Shown here piece by piece: positions 28,676-38,664 of a stretch of 64,000 nt of DNA. The DNA is taken from the NCBI GenBank assembly GCA_903887235.1, contig CAISOX010000053.1:19241-83240 (forward strand), given 5' to 3'. The notes beneath the pieces were generated by a model, which saw only the letters and a program-made list of their open reading frames with translations, made no database searches and had not been told where the DNA came from. The stretch is from an uncultured Alphaproteobacteria bacterium. Lineage in GTDB: Bacteria > Pseudomonadota > Alphaproteobacteria > Rickettsiales > Midichloriaceae. Position 1 is the first letter of the stretch. Each line of letters opens with the position of its first letter. The position numbers and the translations under genes were made by a program.

Positions 28676-29275
28676 ATGTCTTATATTCCAGTTGTAATTG
28701 AACAGACTGCTAAAAGTGAAAGGGCGTTTGACATATTTTCTCGTTTGCTCAAGGAAAGAATAATATTTTTAAGTGGGCAAGTAGAGGATAATATGGCTTC
28801 TATCATCATTGCCCAACTACTATTTTTGGAATCTGAAAATCCTAGTAAGGATATATTTATGTATGTAAATTCTCCTGGTGGTGTGGTTTCAGCTGGATTG
28901 GCAATTTATGACACTATGCAGTATATAAAGCCTGATGTTTCAACATTATGCGTGGGTCAAGCTTGTTCAATGGGTTCTTTTCTTCTTGCTGCTGGTGAGA
29001 AGGGGAAGAGGTATGCCCTTCCAAATTCAAGAATCATGATACATCAACCAATAGGTGGTTTTCGTGGTCAGGCAACGGATATTGAGATACATGCAAAGGA
29101 AATGTTGCAGTTAAAAAATCGTCTTAATAAAATATTGAGTGATCACACAGGTCAAAAAGCTTCCAAAATCGAAAAAGATGCTGATAGAGATCATTTTATG
29201 TCTCCTGAAGAAGCTAAAAATTATGGTATAATAGATAAAATAATTACTAAAAGAGTGGTAGCTCAAAATGAATAA
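28676..29275 (+). CDS. clpP: ATP-dependent Clp protease proteolytic subunit
   Basis: [24 protein letters not shown] and RIMIHQP. Confidence 0.98.
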   Translation: MSYIPVVIEQTAKSERAFDIFSRLLKERIIFLSGQVEDNMASIIIAQLLFLESENPSKDIFMYVNSPGGVVSAGLAIYDTMQYIKPDVSTLCVGQACSMGSFLLAAGEKGKRYALPNSRIMIHQPIGGFRGQATDIEIHAKEMLQLKNRLNKILSDHTGQKASKIEKDADRDHFMSPEEAKNYGIIDKIITKRVVAQNE

Positions 29276-30533
29276 AGCAAATTCAGAAATACTGTATTGT
29301 TCTTTTTGCGGTAAGAGCCAAGATGAAGTAAAAAAACTTCTATCGGGCGTGGCGGTTTATATATGCGATGAATGTGTTGTTTTATGTTCTCAGGCCTTGA
29401 ATGAAAGTAAAATTTCATCAGAGCAGTTAATTAAAAATAACCTTACTCCTAAAAAAATATATGAAATTTTAGATGCATATGTAATTGGTCAAGAACTTGC
29501 AAAGAAGGTTTTGGCAGTTGCTGTGTATAATCATTATAAAAGATTAGAGAAGCAAGCTCAAAAAACACAATTTGATGATGTAGAAATTTCCAAATCAAAT
29601 ATACTAATGATTGGGCCTACTGGATGTGGTAAAACATTGTTAATGCAAACGCTAGCAAAGATATTAGGTGTGCCATTCGCTATTGCTGATGCAACAACTT
29701 TGACAGAAGCAGGTTACGTTGGCGAAGATGTAGAAAATATTTTAGTGAGACTATTACAAGCTGCTGATTATAATATAGAAAAGGCAGAAAGGGGTATTAT
29801 ATATATAGATGAAATTGATAAAATATCTAGAAAATCTGAAAGCCCCTCTATAACTAGGGATGTGTCAGGTGAAGGAGTGCAACAGGCTTTGCTAAAATTA
29901 ATGGAAGGTACAATTGCCTCTATACCACCTCAAGGTGGTAGAAAACACCCACAGCAAGAGTTTTTGCAAATTAATACCGAAAATATATTGTTTGTTTGTA
30001 GTGGTGCTTTTAGTGGGCTTGAAAAAATAATAAACCAAAGAATGAAAAGTAGTTCGATTGGATTTGAAGCAGTTGTTAAGGAAAAAAGTAAAGATATTGA
30101 ACTTTCTAAAATGATTAGCAAAGTTGAGCCGGAGGATTTGGTTAAATATGGATTGATCCCGGAATTTATAGGTAGGTTGCCTCAGGTAGTGACTATAGAT
30201 GATCTTGATGAGGCAATGTTGATTAGAATTCTAAAAGAGCCAAAGAACTCTTTAATTCAACAATATCAGAAATTATTTGAGTTAAATGATATTAAGCTAA
30301 ATTTTGACGATGATGCTTTAAAAGAAATAGCTAAAGTTGCATATAAAAGAAAAACAGGGGCCAGAGGGTTGAGGTCAATAATAGATAAAGTACTGCTAGA
30401 TTTAATGTTTGAATTTCCTAACGAAGGTAATATCAAAGAAGTAATTATTGATTCTAATGTTGTGACGATAGATTCAAAACCTAAAATTAAGTATCACGAA
30501 AATAAAAAAGTTAAGAGTAAAAAAGTAGTTTAA
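29268..30533 (+). CDS. clpX: ATP-dependent Clp protease ATPase subunit
   Basis: CSFCGKSQ zinc-binding domain, [22 protein letters not shown] and GARGLRSI. Confidence 0.98.
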   Translation: MNKANSEILYCSFCGKSQDEVKKLLSGVAVYICDECVVLCSQALNESKISSEQLIKNNLTPKKIYEILDAYVIGQELAKKVLAVAVYNHYKRLEKQAQKTQFDDVEISKSNILMIGPTGCGKTLLMQTLAKILGVPFAIADATTLTEAGYVGEDVENILVRLLQAADYNIEKAERGIIYIDEIDKISRKSESPSITRDVSGEGVQQALLKLMEGTIASIPPQGGRKHPQQEFLQINTENILFVCSGAFSGLEKIINQRMKSSSIGFEAVVKEKSKDIELSKMISKVEPEDLVKYGLIPEFIGRLPQVVTIDDLDEAMLIRILKEPKNSLIQQYQKLFELNDIKLNFDDDALKEIAKVAYKRKTGARGLRSIIDKVLLDLMFEFPNEGNIKEVIIDSNVVTIDSKPKIKYHENKKVKSKKVV

Positions 30534-30553
30534 TTATTTTTAGTTAAAGATTT

Positions 30554-32956
30554 ATGAAATTCACCTATAATTGGCTTAATTCGTTTATTGAGTTAAGTGC
30601 AGATTTAGAAAAAGTTATTGAGGTGTTATCAAATATTGGCCTCGAGGTTGAAGAATTTCAAGATAAAGGTAAGGTATATTCTCAATTCATAATTGCAGAA
30701 ATTGTTGAGGCTATCAGCCATCCCGATGCTGATAAATTAAAAATTTGCAAAGTGAATAATGGAAAGGAAATTTTGCAAATTGTGTGTGGTGCTCCCAATG
30801 CACGAGCTGGTATTAAAGTGGTTCTTGCTCCAGTTAATTCAACGATACCAAGTAATAACATGGTTATCAAAGCATCTGAAATTAGAGGTGTAAAAAGTAA
30901 TGGAATGTTATGCTCTGAAACAGAATTACTGATTGGTAATAATTCCGAAGGGATTATAGAGATTTTGGATGGTAATTTAAAGCCAGGGATGAATTTTGCA
31001 GATTCAACAGGTTTGAACGATAAAATTATTGATATCAATCTTACTCCTAATAGAGGTGACTGTGCATCAATTTGCGGTATAGCAAGGGATTTAGCGGCAA
31101 CTGGAATTGGCGCATTAAAATCTAAATTTTTTGATTTTTGCAAGAATACATTTGCCTTTGGAGATTCTATAAAGCACTTAAATATTTCAATAGATGATAA
31201 AAATTGCCATGAAATAGCTTTTTGTAAAATAGAAAATGTAGATAATAAAAATTCATTAACTAATGATTTAGTTTCTGTTTTTAAATTACTAGATATAAAA
31301 TCACATAGTGCGCTAGTGGACATTTCGAATTTAACTATGTATGAATTTGGTAGACCTAACCATATTTATGATGCAGATAAAATAAAAGGAGACATTAAAA
31401 TAAGATTATCTCAAGAAGGTGAATTTTTTAAATCATTAGATGGTAATGAACACACCTTGCCAAAGGATATATTAGTGATTGCTGATGATGAGAAAATACT
31501 TTCTATTGCCGGGATTATAGGTGGCGAAAATAGTAAGGTTGACGAAAATACAAAAAACATACTAATTGAAGTAGCAAATTTTAATCCTACGCATATTTCT
31601 AAGTCAGTTAGGAAATTAAACACAAGAACAGAGTCATCATTTAGATTTGAAAGAAGAATTGACTATGGGAATACGGCATCTTTTATGCAATATTTAACTA
31701 ATTTGATTTTGAGGTACTGTGGTGGAAAAATATCTGGCTCTTTGGTAATTCTGGATTCTAGATTAGAATATAAGAAACAGGTAGATATTGATTGTAAAAA
31801 AATCAATAAATTGCTAGGCTTTGAAGTTACAGAGCAGGATATAAGTAGCATTCTGATTAGCCTAGGCTTTGTGAAAATTAAGGATAATTTATTTGATATT
31901 CCAACTTGGAGACAGGGTGATATAGTTGATAATGCCGATATTGCTGAAGAAATAATCAGAATAAAAGGCACAGATTATTTGCAGGGATTAGGCAATTTTC
32001 ACTATAATGCACAAGATTTAAAACAAAAAGAATCTGATTTTTTATCTATTTTTAGAAATACTTTAATCAATAGAAATATATTTGAGGTAATTTCTTGGTC
32101 ATTTATAAATCATGCATCTGCAAATTTATTTGGGGAAAATTCGGTTATTAAAGTTGCTAATCCAATAAGTAATGAGTTTGCTGTGATGAGAAATAGTATA
32201 ATCCCAGGGTTATTAAAAACAGCTAAAAGCAACATTACAAGAGGGATGAAAAATCTTTCTCTTTTTGAATCAGGAAAAATTTATTATAAAGATAAAGGTG
32301 ATACGATAATTGAAGAAAATTGTTTGGCTATAATCAGAACTGGAGAATCGTCCAATAAAAATATTTTTTCAGATCAAAGGAAATTTGATTTTTACGATTT
32401 AAAGGATGATTTTTACTCAATATTAAATGAAATAAGCATTTTTGAAGATAGCATTATAATTAAGAAAGGTGCAAAGGCTTATTATCATCCAGGTAAAAGC
32501 GCTTCTTTTTATTTGGGGAAAAATTTAATTGCCTGTGTAGGTGAGTTACATCCAAAAGTTGTAAAAGAATTTGGTATCAAACAAAATGTTGTTTGTGCAG
32601 AAATATTTTATGATAACTTGCCAAAAAAGAATTTAGAGAAAAAAAAATCATTAGTTTTATCTGAATTGCAAAGTGTAAATAGAGATTTTGCATTTTATAT
32701 GGATGATGTAATTGAAAGCCAAGAAATTATCAAATCTATAAAATCTTTAAAGATAAATATCATAGAGGAGATTAATATATTTGATGTGTATAAAAACAAT
32801 CAAGATCCTAGATGTAAAAAGTCCGTTGCTTTCAGTATAAAATTGCAGCCAATTCAAAAAACGTTGATTGATGATGAAATAGAAGATATTTCAAAAAAAA
32901 TAATTAGCGTAGTACAAGAAAAATTAGGTGGTGAACTTAGGAACAATTCTCAGTAG
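30554..32956 (+). CDS. pheT: Phenylalanine--tRNA ligase beta subunit
   Basis: HPDADKL, IVCGAPN, TPNRGDC, SSFRFER, RDFAF and KSVAF. Confidence 0.97.
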   Translation: MKFTYNWLNSFIELSADLEKVIEVLSNIGLEVEEFQDKGKVYSQFIIAEIVEAISHPDADKLKICKVNNGKEILQIVCGAPNARAGIKVVLAPVNSTIPSNNMVIKASEIRGVKSNGMLCSETELLIGNNSEGIIEILDGNLKPGMNFADSTGLNDKIIDINLTPNRGDCASICGIARDLAATGIGALKSKFFDFCKNTFAFGDSIKHLNISIDDKNCHEIAFCKIENVDNKNSLTNDLVSVFKLLDIKSHSALVDISNLTMYEFGRPNHIYDADKIKGDIKIRLSQEGEFFKSLDGNEHTLPKDILVIADDEKILSIAGIIGGENSKVDENTKNILIEVANFNPTHISKSVRKLNTRTESSFRFERRIDYGNTASFMQYLTNLILRYCGGKISGSLVILDSRLEYKKQVDIDCKKINKLLGFEVTEQDISSILISLGFVKIKDNLFDIPTWRQGDIVDNADIAEEIIRIKGTDYLQGLGNFHYNAQDLKQKESDFLSIFRNTLINRNIFEVISWSFINHASANLFGENSVIKVANPISNEFAVMRNSIIPGLLKTAKSNITRGMKNLSLFESGKIYYKDKGDTIIEENCLAIIRTGESSNKNIFSDQRKFDFYDLKDDFYSILNEISIFEDSIIIKKGAKAYYHPGKSASFYLGKNLIACVGELHPKVVKEFGIKQNVVCAEIFYDNLPKKNLEKKKSLVLSELQSVNRDFAFYMDDVIESQEIIKSIKSLKINIIEEINIFDVYKNNQDPRCKKSVAFSIKLQPIQKTLIDDEIEDISKKIISVVQEKLGGELRNNSQ

Positions 32957-32965
32957 TAAGCATTT

Positions 32966-33475
32966 CTATTTAATTAGGTCTACAAGTGTTCTATTTTTGA
33001 ATTTCTTGCAGTGTTCTATTAAAGTTTTTTGTTCGTACATAATGTCTGGGGCAACTTCTGATGCTGGTATTAGAGCGAAATCCCTATTAAAAAATTCTAT
33101 ATGAGGTATTTGTAAATTGGGTGTATTAATTGTGAATTTTTCTGCAATTAATATGTCCAAATCAATTATTCTAGGAGACCAAGTAGGGGAATTTTTATCT
33201 CTACCCATTTTTAATTCAATTAATTTGAGTATTTCTAGTAATTGTTCAGGTGTGGCATTAAATTTTATTAATACAGCTAAGTTTAAAAATGGCTTGTCCC
33301 ACTCCTTAGGATGCTCAGGTTTTAATAGAGCTTTAGATTTGTGTATATTGGAAATTTTAATTATATTTAATTTGCCAGAAATATGCCCTATAGCAGTTTT
33401 GATATTAGCAATTTTATTTCCTAAATTAGTTCCAATACCTAGTACATAAAGCATTTGAATGGGTGAAAAATTCAA
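32966..33475 (-). CDS. folK: 2-amino-4-hydroxy-6-hydroxymethyldihydropteridine diphosphokinase
   Basis: LGIGTNLG, FLNLAV, WSPRIIDLDIL and LQIPH...RDFAL. Confidence 0.92.
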   Translation of the reverse strand: MNFSPIQMLYVLGIGTNLGNKIANIKTAIGHISGKLNIIKISNIHKSKALLKPEHPKEWDKPFLNLAVLIKFNATPEQLLEILKLIELKMGRDKNSPTWSPRIIDLDILIAEKFTINTPNLQIPHIEFFNRDFALIPASEVAPDIMYEQKTLIEHCKKFKNRTLVDLIK

Positions 33476-33486
33476 TTTTTAGAGAT

Positions 33487-34041
33487 TTAAATATTTTTAT
33501 AATCCTGTGGATAACCTGTTTTAATCTTTTCCGATGATTCATTGCTAAGCGCTTGCTGTTCAAGAGTTTTAAATATTTTAAGTAAATATTCACATAATTT
33601 TAAGCAATTTTGAGCATACTTAACATCCTGTTTTATGAAATATAGCTTTAATTGGATTTCAATTCCATTAAATTTCATAAAAAGATGATTATATATATTT
33701 TCTAGATCACTATCTTTAATCACGCTAAATAGTTTTGTAAATTCATTAATTATGGAATCGATGGTATTAATTTTATTATGGATAGAGTTTTTAATTTCCG
33801 TATCTTGATTGTAGTTAGCTTCATCAACATTTTGTTGTTCTGTGAGATGCATTATATCTTGTAACAAATGAATAACTTTTTCAATGGACTGTATATATAT
33901 TTTATACGTAGTAATGGTATCAATATCATTTTTATAGTCCTGGGTAATGCTATTGTTTTTTACATTAGCGATTGCAGAAACATAAGTGGATTTTGATTTA
34001 GTAACAGCTTTTTCATTTAATAAATATAACGAATGGCTCAT
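33487..34041 (-). CDS. Hypothetical helical protein, probably a divergent FliS-like flagellin chaperone
   Basis: ATG 34041 overlaps the fliD stop (ATGA coupling). The helical pattern KINTIDSIINEF...SDLENIYNHL...QDVKYAQNCLKL resembles FliS by eye only. Confidence 0.5.
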   Translation of the reverse strand: MSHSLYLLNEKAVTKSKSTYVSAIANVKNNSITQDYKNDIDTITTYKIYIQSIEKVIHLLQDIMHLTEQQNVDEANYNQDTEIKNSIHNKINTIDSIINEFTKLFSVIKDSDLENIYNHLFMKFNGIEIQLKLYFIKQDVKYAQNCLKLCEYLLKIFKTLEQQALSNESSEKIKTGYPQDYKNI

Positions 34042-36617
34042 GAATTCCATCCTTTCTCTGCATTATTCATTTGTTTTAGGAATTCTTCATATTGCTTGGT
34101 TTTCATCTCCTGCATTCTAAGCCCATTTAGAGCTCTTTCGATAGATTGCTTCTTATTGGCAAAACTTACTTTCTCTGAATCAAGTTGGCTCTTCTTATAG
34201 GTTCTATCACTTTCTTCAAGTCTTATAAATCTATCAATTGATCCATTTGGCTCTATATAACTACTTAGCACGTTATTAATTTTATCTGCTATACCCTGCC
34301 TAGCAAATATAGTGCTCGTTGCACTTTCCTTTGATGTATAAAAGACTTCAAAATTTTCTAAGTTAACTTTTTTGCCAGAAGCAGGATCAATAGTCGGAAG
34401 TATTTTCACTGTTCCTGATTCAAGGTTATTGTTGTTACCAAGTACAAAATACGATGGTAGTGTAACCTGAGTATTATCTTCTAAATTGGCAGTTACAATT
34501 ACCATTTTTGAGGTATCGTATGAAATAATTGTTGGAATTTTACCATCAACTAAAGGATGTGTAATAGTATCATCTAAACCAATTGCACCATTATTTGAAA
34601 AAAGGCTATTTAAGGCATTTTCTGGATCAGCTAAATTAAGTGAATATCTTAAATTATCTTGCACTTTTTTAAGATCGCCAGCATCTATATTTTTATCATT
34701 AGCACTACTTAAGGCAATTTTGAAATTTAATCCAACTGGATTGTCTGTAGGTGTTATTTTATAATCTCCAGAATTTTCTCCAAGTAGGTAGGCCTTGATA
34801 TTGGTTTGTGATGAATATTTATTAATTTCATCAACGAGAGATGAGTAGCTCGTGTTGCTATCAACATCTATTTTTATATTGTTTAATATGAAAGACTTTT
34901 TACCAGCCATATTAACATTAACCTTATCAGTAGCTGAAGTAGTTTCTTTACTAATATTATTAAAATATTTTACACTTGAATAATTTATGGAGTAATCTAA
35001 ATTTTTAACCTTATTAATTTCTAGATCTATATTTTTATGATTATTATTTAATTTAAAATTTTCATTAGTTGATTCAAATTTATACGAAACAATATTTTTA
35101 AAGGTATCAAAATTTTCATCAAGGGCATTTTGCAACTTAACCTTATCAATAACCATTTCAGATATTTCTATTGCCATGTAAACCTGCCTTTCCCCACTTT
35201 CTGCTTTTCCAGGCGGAGGTGTATAGTCAGTCTTTTTTATGGTGATGCCAAATTTAGATGAGTCATCTCCATAGCGATTAAACTGATTAAGTTTATTGAA
35301 TGCACTATAGATAGTTTCATTTATATAATTTAATTGATCTCTATAGCTATATAATGCTGCAATTTCTGCAGGTTTTGGAATGTCATCCCCTTCAACTTGT
35401 AGAGAATTTGTGCCAACAAATTTTGCAAGCTCATTATAGCTTTTTGCCAGAGCTTCAAATTTCTCCACCAGTCCTTCTGTGTCATTTTGCACTGAAAGGT
35501 TAAATATTTGATCTTTGCCATGAACTTGAGAAGGTTTGTTAAGCAAATTAATAAAAAGGTTAGCTGTTTCAATTTTATTGGTTTTTGATATGATTTCCTG
35601 CCCATCAACCTTTATTTTAGCATCCTGTGCAGAGCTTGATGTGTTAAATAGAAAGTTCACACCAGTGCTGTGGCTAATATTAATATTATTGCCTGTGCCA
35701 GTTAATAATGATTTTAAAGTTATAGTTCCAGTTTTTGTGGTGCCAGAAGAATCAAGCTGAGGGTTATATAAAACTTCAATATCAGCTTTTTTTGCACTGT
35801 TTCTTAATCTTGCAACAAAATCACTGACTGTAATCTTATCATCAAAATCAACTGTAATTTCTTGATTTTTTATTTGAAAATTAGCATTTTTCACTGCATC
35901 ACCAGATATGGTAAATTTATTTTGTATTCCATGATGCTTTTCACCGGAACGTATCCATAAATATTCTTGATTAGAAGGATCTTTTTCTACACTTGCAATA
36001 ACATGTGGATTCTTTTCTTCTCCGGCTTGCTTAGTTACATTATTAATTTTTTTAGCAATATCTAAAAGAGTATCAGTATCTATTACTTCTATTTCTTTAC
36101 TATTACCAATGGTGAACTTGCTTGAAGAAAGATTGCTACGCTCAGCTTTCAGACCATTATCTGGGACTGTGAGAGTTATTGTACCTGATTTTGGAAAAGG
36201 GTTATTGTGATTAGGAATTGAATTAATAAACACTGCATCAGGATTAAATGTATTCCTGCTTGCTAATATCTCGCCTTTTGCAATTGACTCAATCTCAAAA
36301 GGAATTTGTTGATTGGTTGTTCCAGGTTTAGCTTTTATTTCTGCATAATTTTTTGTTAGATCCTCAGGAGCAACTACTTTTTTACTATCAAAAACACCAT
36401 TTTTTCTTAAAAAATTATAGGTAAATTCTGATATATTAGATTCAAAATTTTCAAGATGCGTGCGCCATTGACCCAGACCAGAGATGGTATTTGTTGAAAT
36501 TCTTACTTCATCCTGTATTTTTTTCAAAGGTTTCTCAGCCTCTTTTATGGCCTTTGCTTGTTGAGTATTTTCCTGCGGATTGAAGACGTCCTTGACACTA
36601 CCTATTGAATCTAACAT
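34038..36617 (-). CDS. fliD: Flagellar filament cap protein FliD, enlarged (~859 aa)
   Basis: FliD-like segments: EIESIAKGEILAS, TLLDIAKKINN, AQDAKIKVDGQEIISKTNKI, LVEKFEALAKSYNEL, IDKVKLQNALDEN and GIADKINNVLSSYIEPNGSI. ATG 36617 is preferred because the track's start at 36689 overlaps uvrB. Confidence 0.85.
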   Translation of the reverse strand: MLDSIGSVKDVFNPQENTQQAKAIKEAEKPLKKIQDEVRISTNTISGLGQWRTHLENFESNISEFTYNFLRKNGVFDSKKVVAPEDLTKNYAEIKAKPGTTNQQIPFEIESIAKGEILASRNTFNPDAVFINSIPNHNNPFPKSGTITLTVPDNGLKAERSNLSSSKFTIGNSKEIEVIDTDTLLDIAKKINNVTKQAGEEKNPHVIASVEKDPSNQEYLWIRSGEKHHGIQNKFTISGDAVKNANFQIKNQEITVDFDDKITVSDFVARLRNSAKKADIEVLYNPQLDSSGTTKTGTITLKSLLTGTGNNINISHSTGVNFLFNTSSSAQDAKIKVDGQEIISKTNKIETANLFINLLNKPSQVHGKDQIFNLSVQNDTEGLVEKFEALAKSYNELAKFVGTNSLQVEGDDIPKPAEIAALYSYRDQLNYINETIYSAFNKLNQFNRYGDDSSKFGITIKKTDYTPPPGKAESGERQVYMAIEISEMVIDKVKLQNALDENFDTFKNIVSYKFESTNENFKLNNNHKNIDLEINKVKNLDYSINYSSVKYFNNISKETTSATDKVNVNMAGKKSFILNNIKIDVDSNTSYSSLVDEINKYSSQTNIKAYLLGENSGDYKITPTDNPVGLNFKIALSSANDKNIDAGDLKKVQDNLRYSLNLADPENALNSLFSNNGAIGLDDTITHPLVDGKIPTIISYDTSKMVIVTANLEDNTQVTLPSYFVLGNNNNLESGTVKILPTIDPASGKKVNLENFEVFYTSKESATSTIFARQGIADKINNVLSSYIEPNGSIDRFIRLEESDRTYKKSQLDSEKVSFANKKQSIERALNGLRMQEMKTKQYEEFLKQMNNAEKGWNS

Positions 36618-36652
36618 AGTCTTAAAATGTGTTTGTCCTTTTAATTGGTTAC

Positions 36653-36668
36653 AGCAATAATTATACCA
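36653..36668 (-). promoter_or_regulatory. Promoter element upstream of fliD (sigma54 -24/-12-like or extended -10)
   Basis: Minus strand TGGTATAATTATTGCT fits GG-N10-GC and also TGnTATAAT. Confidence 0.45.
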
Positions 36669-36682
36669 AATAATTTTTAAAA

Positions 36683-38662
36683 ATGACAATGTTTAAAATT
36701 GAAAGTGAATATAATCTGGCAGGGGATCAGGTGGCGGCTGTTGATAAACTTACTGAAGGTTTAAACGATGGCAATAGAAATCAAGTGTTATTGGGGGTTA
36801 CTGGTTCAGGAAAGACCTTCACGATGGCAAATATTATTCAGAGATGTCAAAAACCAGCACTCATCATGGCTCATAATAAAACATTAGCAGCACAGCTTTA
36901 CAATGAGATGAAAGGTTTTTTCCCCAGTAATGCTGTGGAATATTTTGTTTCGTATTATGATTATTACCAACCAGAAGCTTATATACCGCAATCAGATAGT
37001 TATATAGAAAAGGATGCGCAAATAAACGAACAAATTGATTTACTTAGGCATTCTGCCACTAGAGCATTGATGGAAAGAAAAGACGTAATAGTGATTGCTT
37101 CAGTTTCTTGTATTTATGGGTTAGGCGCTCCTGAGCTGTATTTACAAATGTCATTTAAATTAGAGCAGGGCAAGAAATATTCTCGCAGGGATATTATGCA
37201 AAAGCTCATTGAGCTACAATATAAGCGTATGGATTTGGATTTTACAAGAGGGGGGTTTAGAATCAGAGGAGAAAACGTAGATATATTCCCATCACATTAT
37301 CAAGATAGAGCTTGGAGGATAACTTTTTGCGACGATGAGGTTGAGAAAATTTATGAATTTGATTATTTAACGGGTGAAAGAATCAAAAAGCTTGATGCAA
37401 TTACCATATTTGCAAATAGTCATTATGTAACGCCCAGACCAACTCTTGAGCAAGCAATAGATTTAATTCAGGATGAATTGAAGGAGAGGGTTGAGGAATT
37501 TAAGTCATTGGATAAAATTGTAGAAGCACAAAGAATAGCTCAACGAACTAATTTTGATCTAGAAATGATTTTAGAATCAGGCTCTTGCAAAGGAATTGAA
37601 AATTATTCCAGATATTTATCTGGACGAAATGAAGGGGAAGCGCCACCAACTTTATTTGAATATTTACCGAAAGATGCATTGCTTTTTGTAGATGAAAGCC
37701 ACGTTACAGTACCGCAGATTGGGGGTATGTATAATGGAGATAGAGGGAGGAAAAAAACTCTTGTAGAGCATGGTTTTAGGCTACCTTCTGCGCTTGATAA
37801 TAGACCACTAAAATACGAAGAATGGGACTCAATGCGTCCACAGACAATTTTTGTTTCAGCAACGCCAAGTCCAAGAGAATTGGCATATACGAATGGTAAA
37901 TATGTGGAACAAATTATTAGACCAACGGGATTATTAGAACCAATATGTGAAGTGAGAAGTTGCGAAACACAGGTGGATGATTTGATAGGGGAGTGCAAAA
38001 TTTTAGCTAAAAAAGATAAAAGAATATTAGTTACAACCTTGACAAAAAGAATGTCAGAAGATTTAACCGACTATTTAAATGAAGTAAATATTAAGGCTGT
38101 ATATATGCACTCAGATATTAAAACATTAGAGAGAGTTCAAATAATTCAAGAATTACGTGAGGGTAAATATGATGTTTTAGTAGGGGTGAATTTGCTTAGA
38201 GAAGGTATTGATATTCCGGAATGTTCGTTGGTTTGTATTTTGGATGCTGATAAAGAGGGGTTTTTACGTTCAGAAACTTCACTGATTCAAACAATTGGGC
38301 GTGCAGCAAGGAATAGCGAAGGTAGGGTAATTTTGTATGCTGATAAAATTACTAACTCAATAAATAAAGCTCTTCAAGAAACTTCTAGAAGAAGAAAAAT
38401 TCAAGAAAAGCATAATGAAGAAAATGGTATTACTCCAACCACAATTAAAAAACAATTAATGAATTCTTTAAATTTAGCTGTAGCCAATTTAAGGGATAAA
38501 AATAATGATAAAAAAGTTATGGATTTAGAAGTCATAGAAAACGATATTGGAAAGTTAAAAAAGCAAATGCATGAAGCTGCTGAAAATTTAGAATTTGAAA
38601 AAGCGACAAAATTGCGAGATAAAATAGATAAATTGCAAAAGAGTTTATTGATTATCTCATAG
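36683..38662 (+). CDS. uvrB: Excinuclease ABC subunit B
   Basis: [43 protein letters not shown] and a C-terminal UVR coiled coil. Confidence 0.98.
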   Translation: MTMFKIESEYNLAGDQVAAVDKLTEGLNDGNRNQVLLGVTGSGKTFTMANIIQRCQKPALIMAHNKTLAAQLYNEMKGFFPSNAVEYFVSYYDYYQPEAYIPQSDSYIEKDAQINEQIDLLRHSATRALMERKDVIVIASVSCIYGLGAPELYLQMSFKLEQGKKYSRRDIMQKLIELQYKRMDLDFTRGGFRIRGENVDIFPSHYQDRAWRITFCDDEVEKIYEFDYLTGERIKKLDAITIFANSHYVTPRPTLEQAIDLIQDELKERVEEFKSLDKIVEAQRIAQRTNFDLEMILESGSCKGIENYSRYLSGRNEGEAPPTLFEYLPKDALLFVDESHVTVPQIGGMYNGDRGRKKTLVEHGFRLPSALDNRPLKYEEWDSMRPQTIFVSATPSPRELAYTNGKYVEQIIRPTGLLEPICEVRSCETQVDDLIGECKILAKKDKRILVTTLTKRMSEDLTDYLNEVNIKAVYMHSDIKTLERVQIIQELREGKYDVLVGVNLLREGIDIPECSLVCILDADKEGFLRSETSLIQTIGRAARNSEGRVILYADKITNSINKALQETSRRRKIQEKHNEENGITPTTIKKQLMNSLNLAVANLRDKNNDKKVMDLEVIENDIGKLKKQMHEAAENLEFEKATKLRDKIDKLQKSLLIIS

Positions 38663-38664
38663 AT

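Noticed and set aside
30554-33475. pheT without pheS, stand-alone folK, clpX without lon (and sdhB without sdhCDA)
   Set aside because: Operon fragmentation is routine in rearranged Rickettsiales genomes, and the genes look intact.
36618-36689. 24-codon N-terminal extension of FliD given by the ORF track
   Set aside because: It overlaps the uvrB start and spans the divergent promoter. ATG 36617 follows an AAGGA RBS-like motif.
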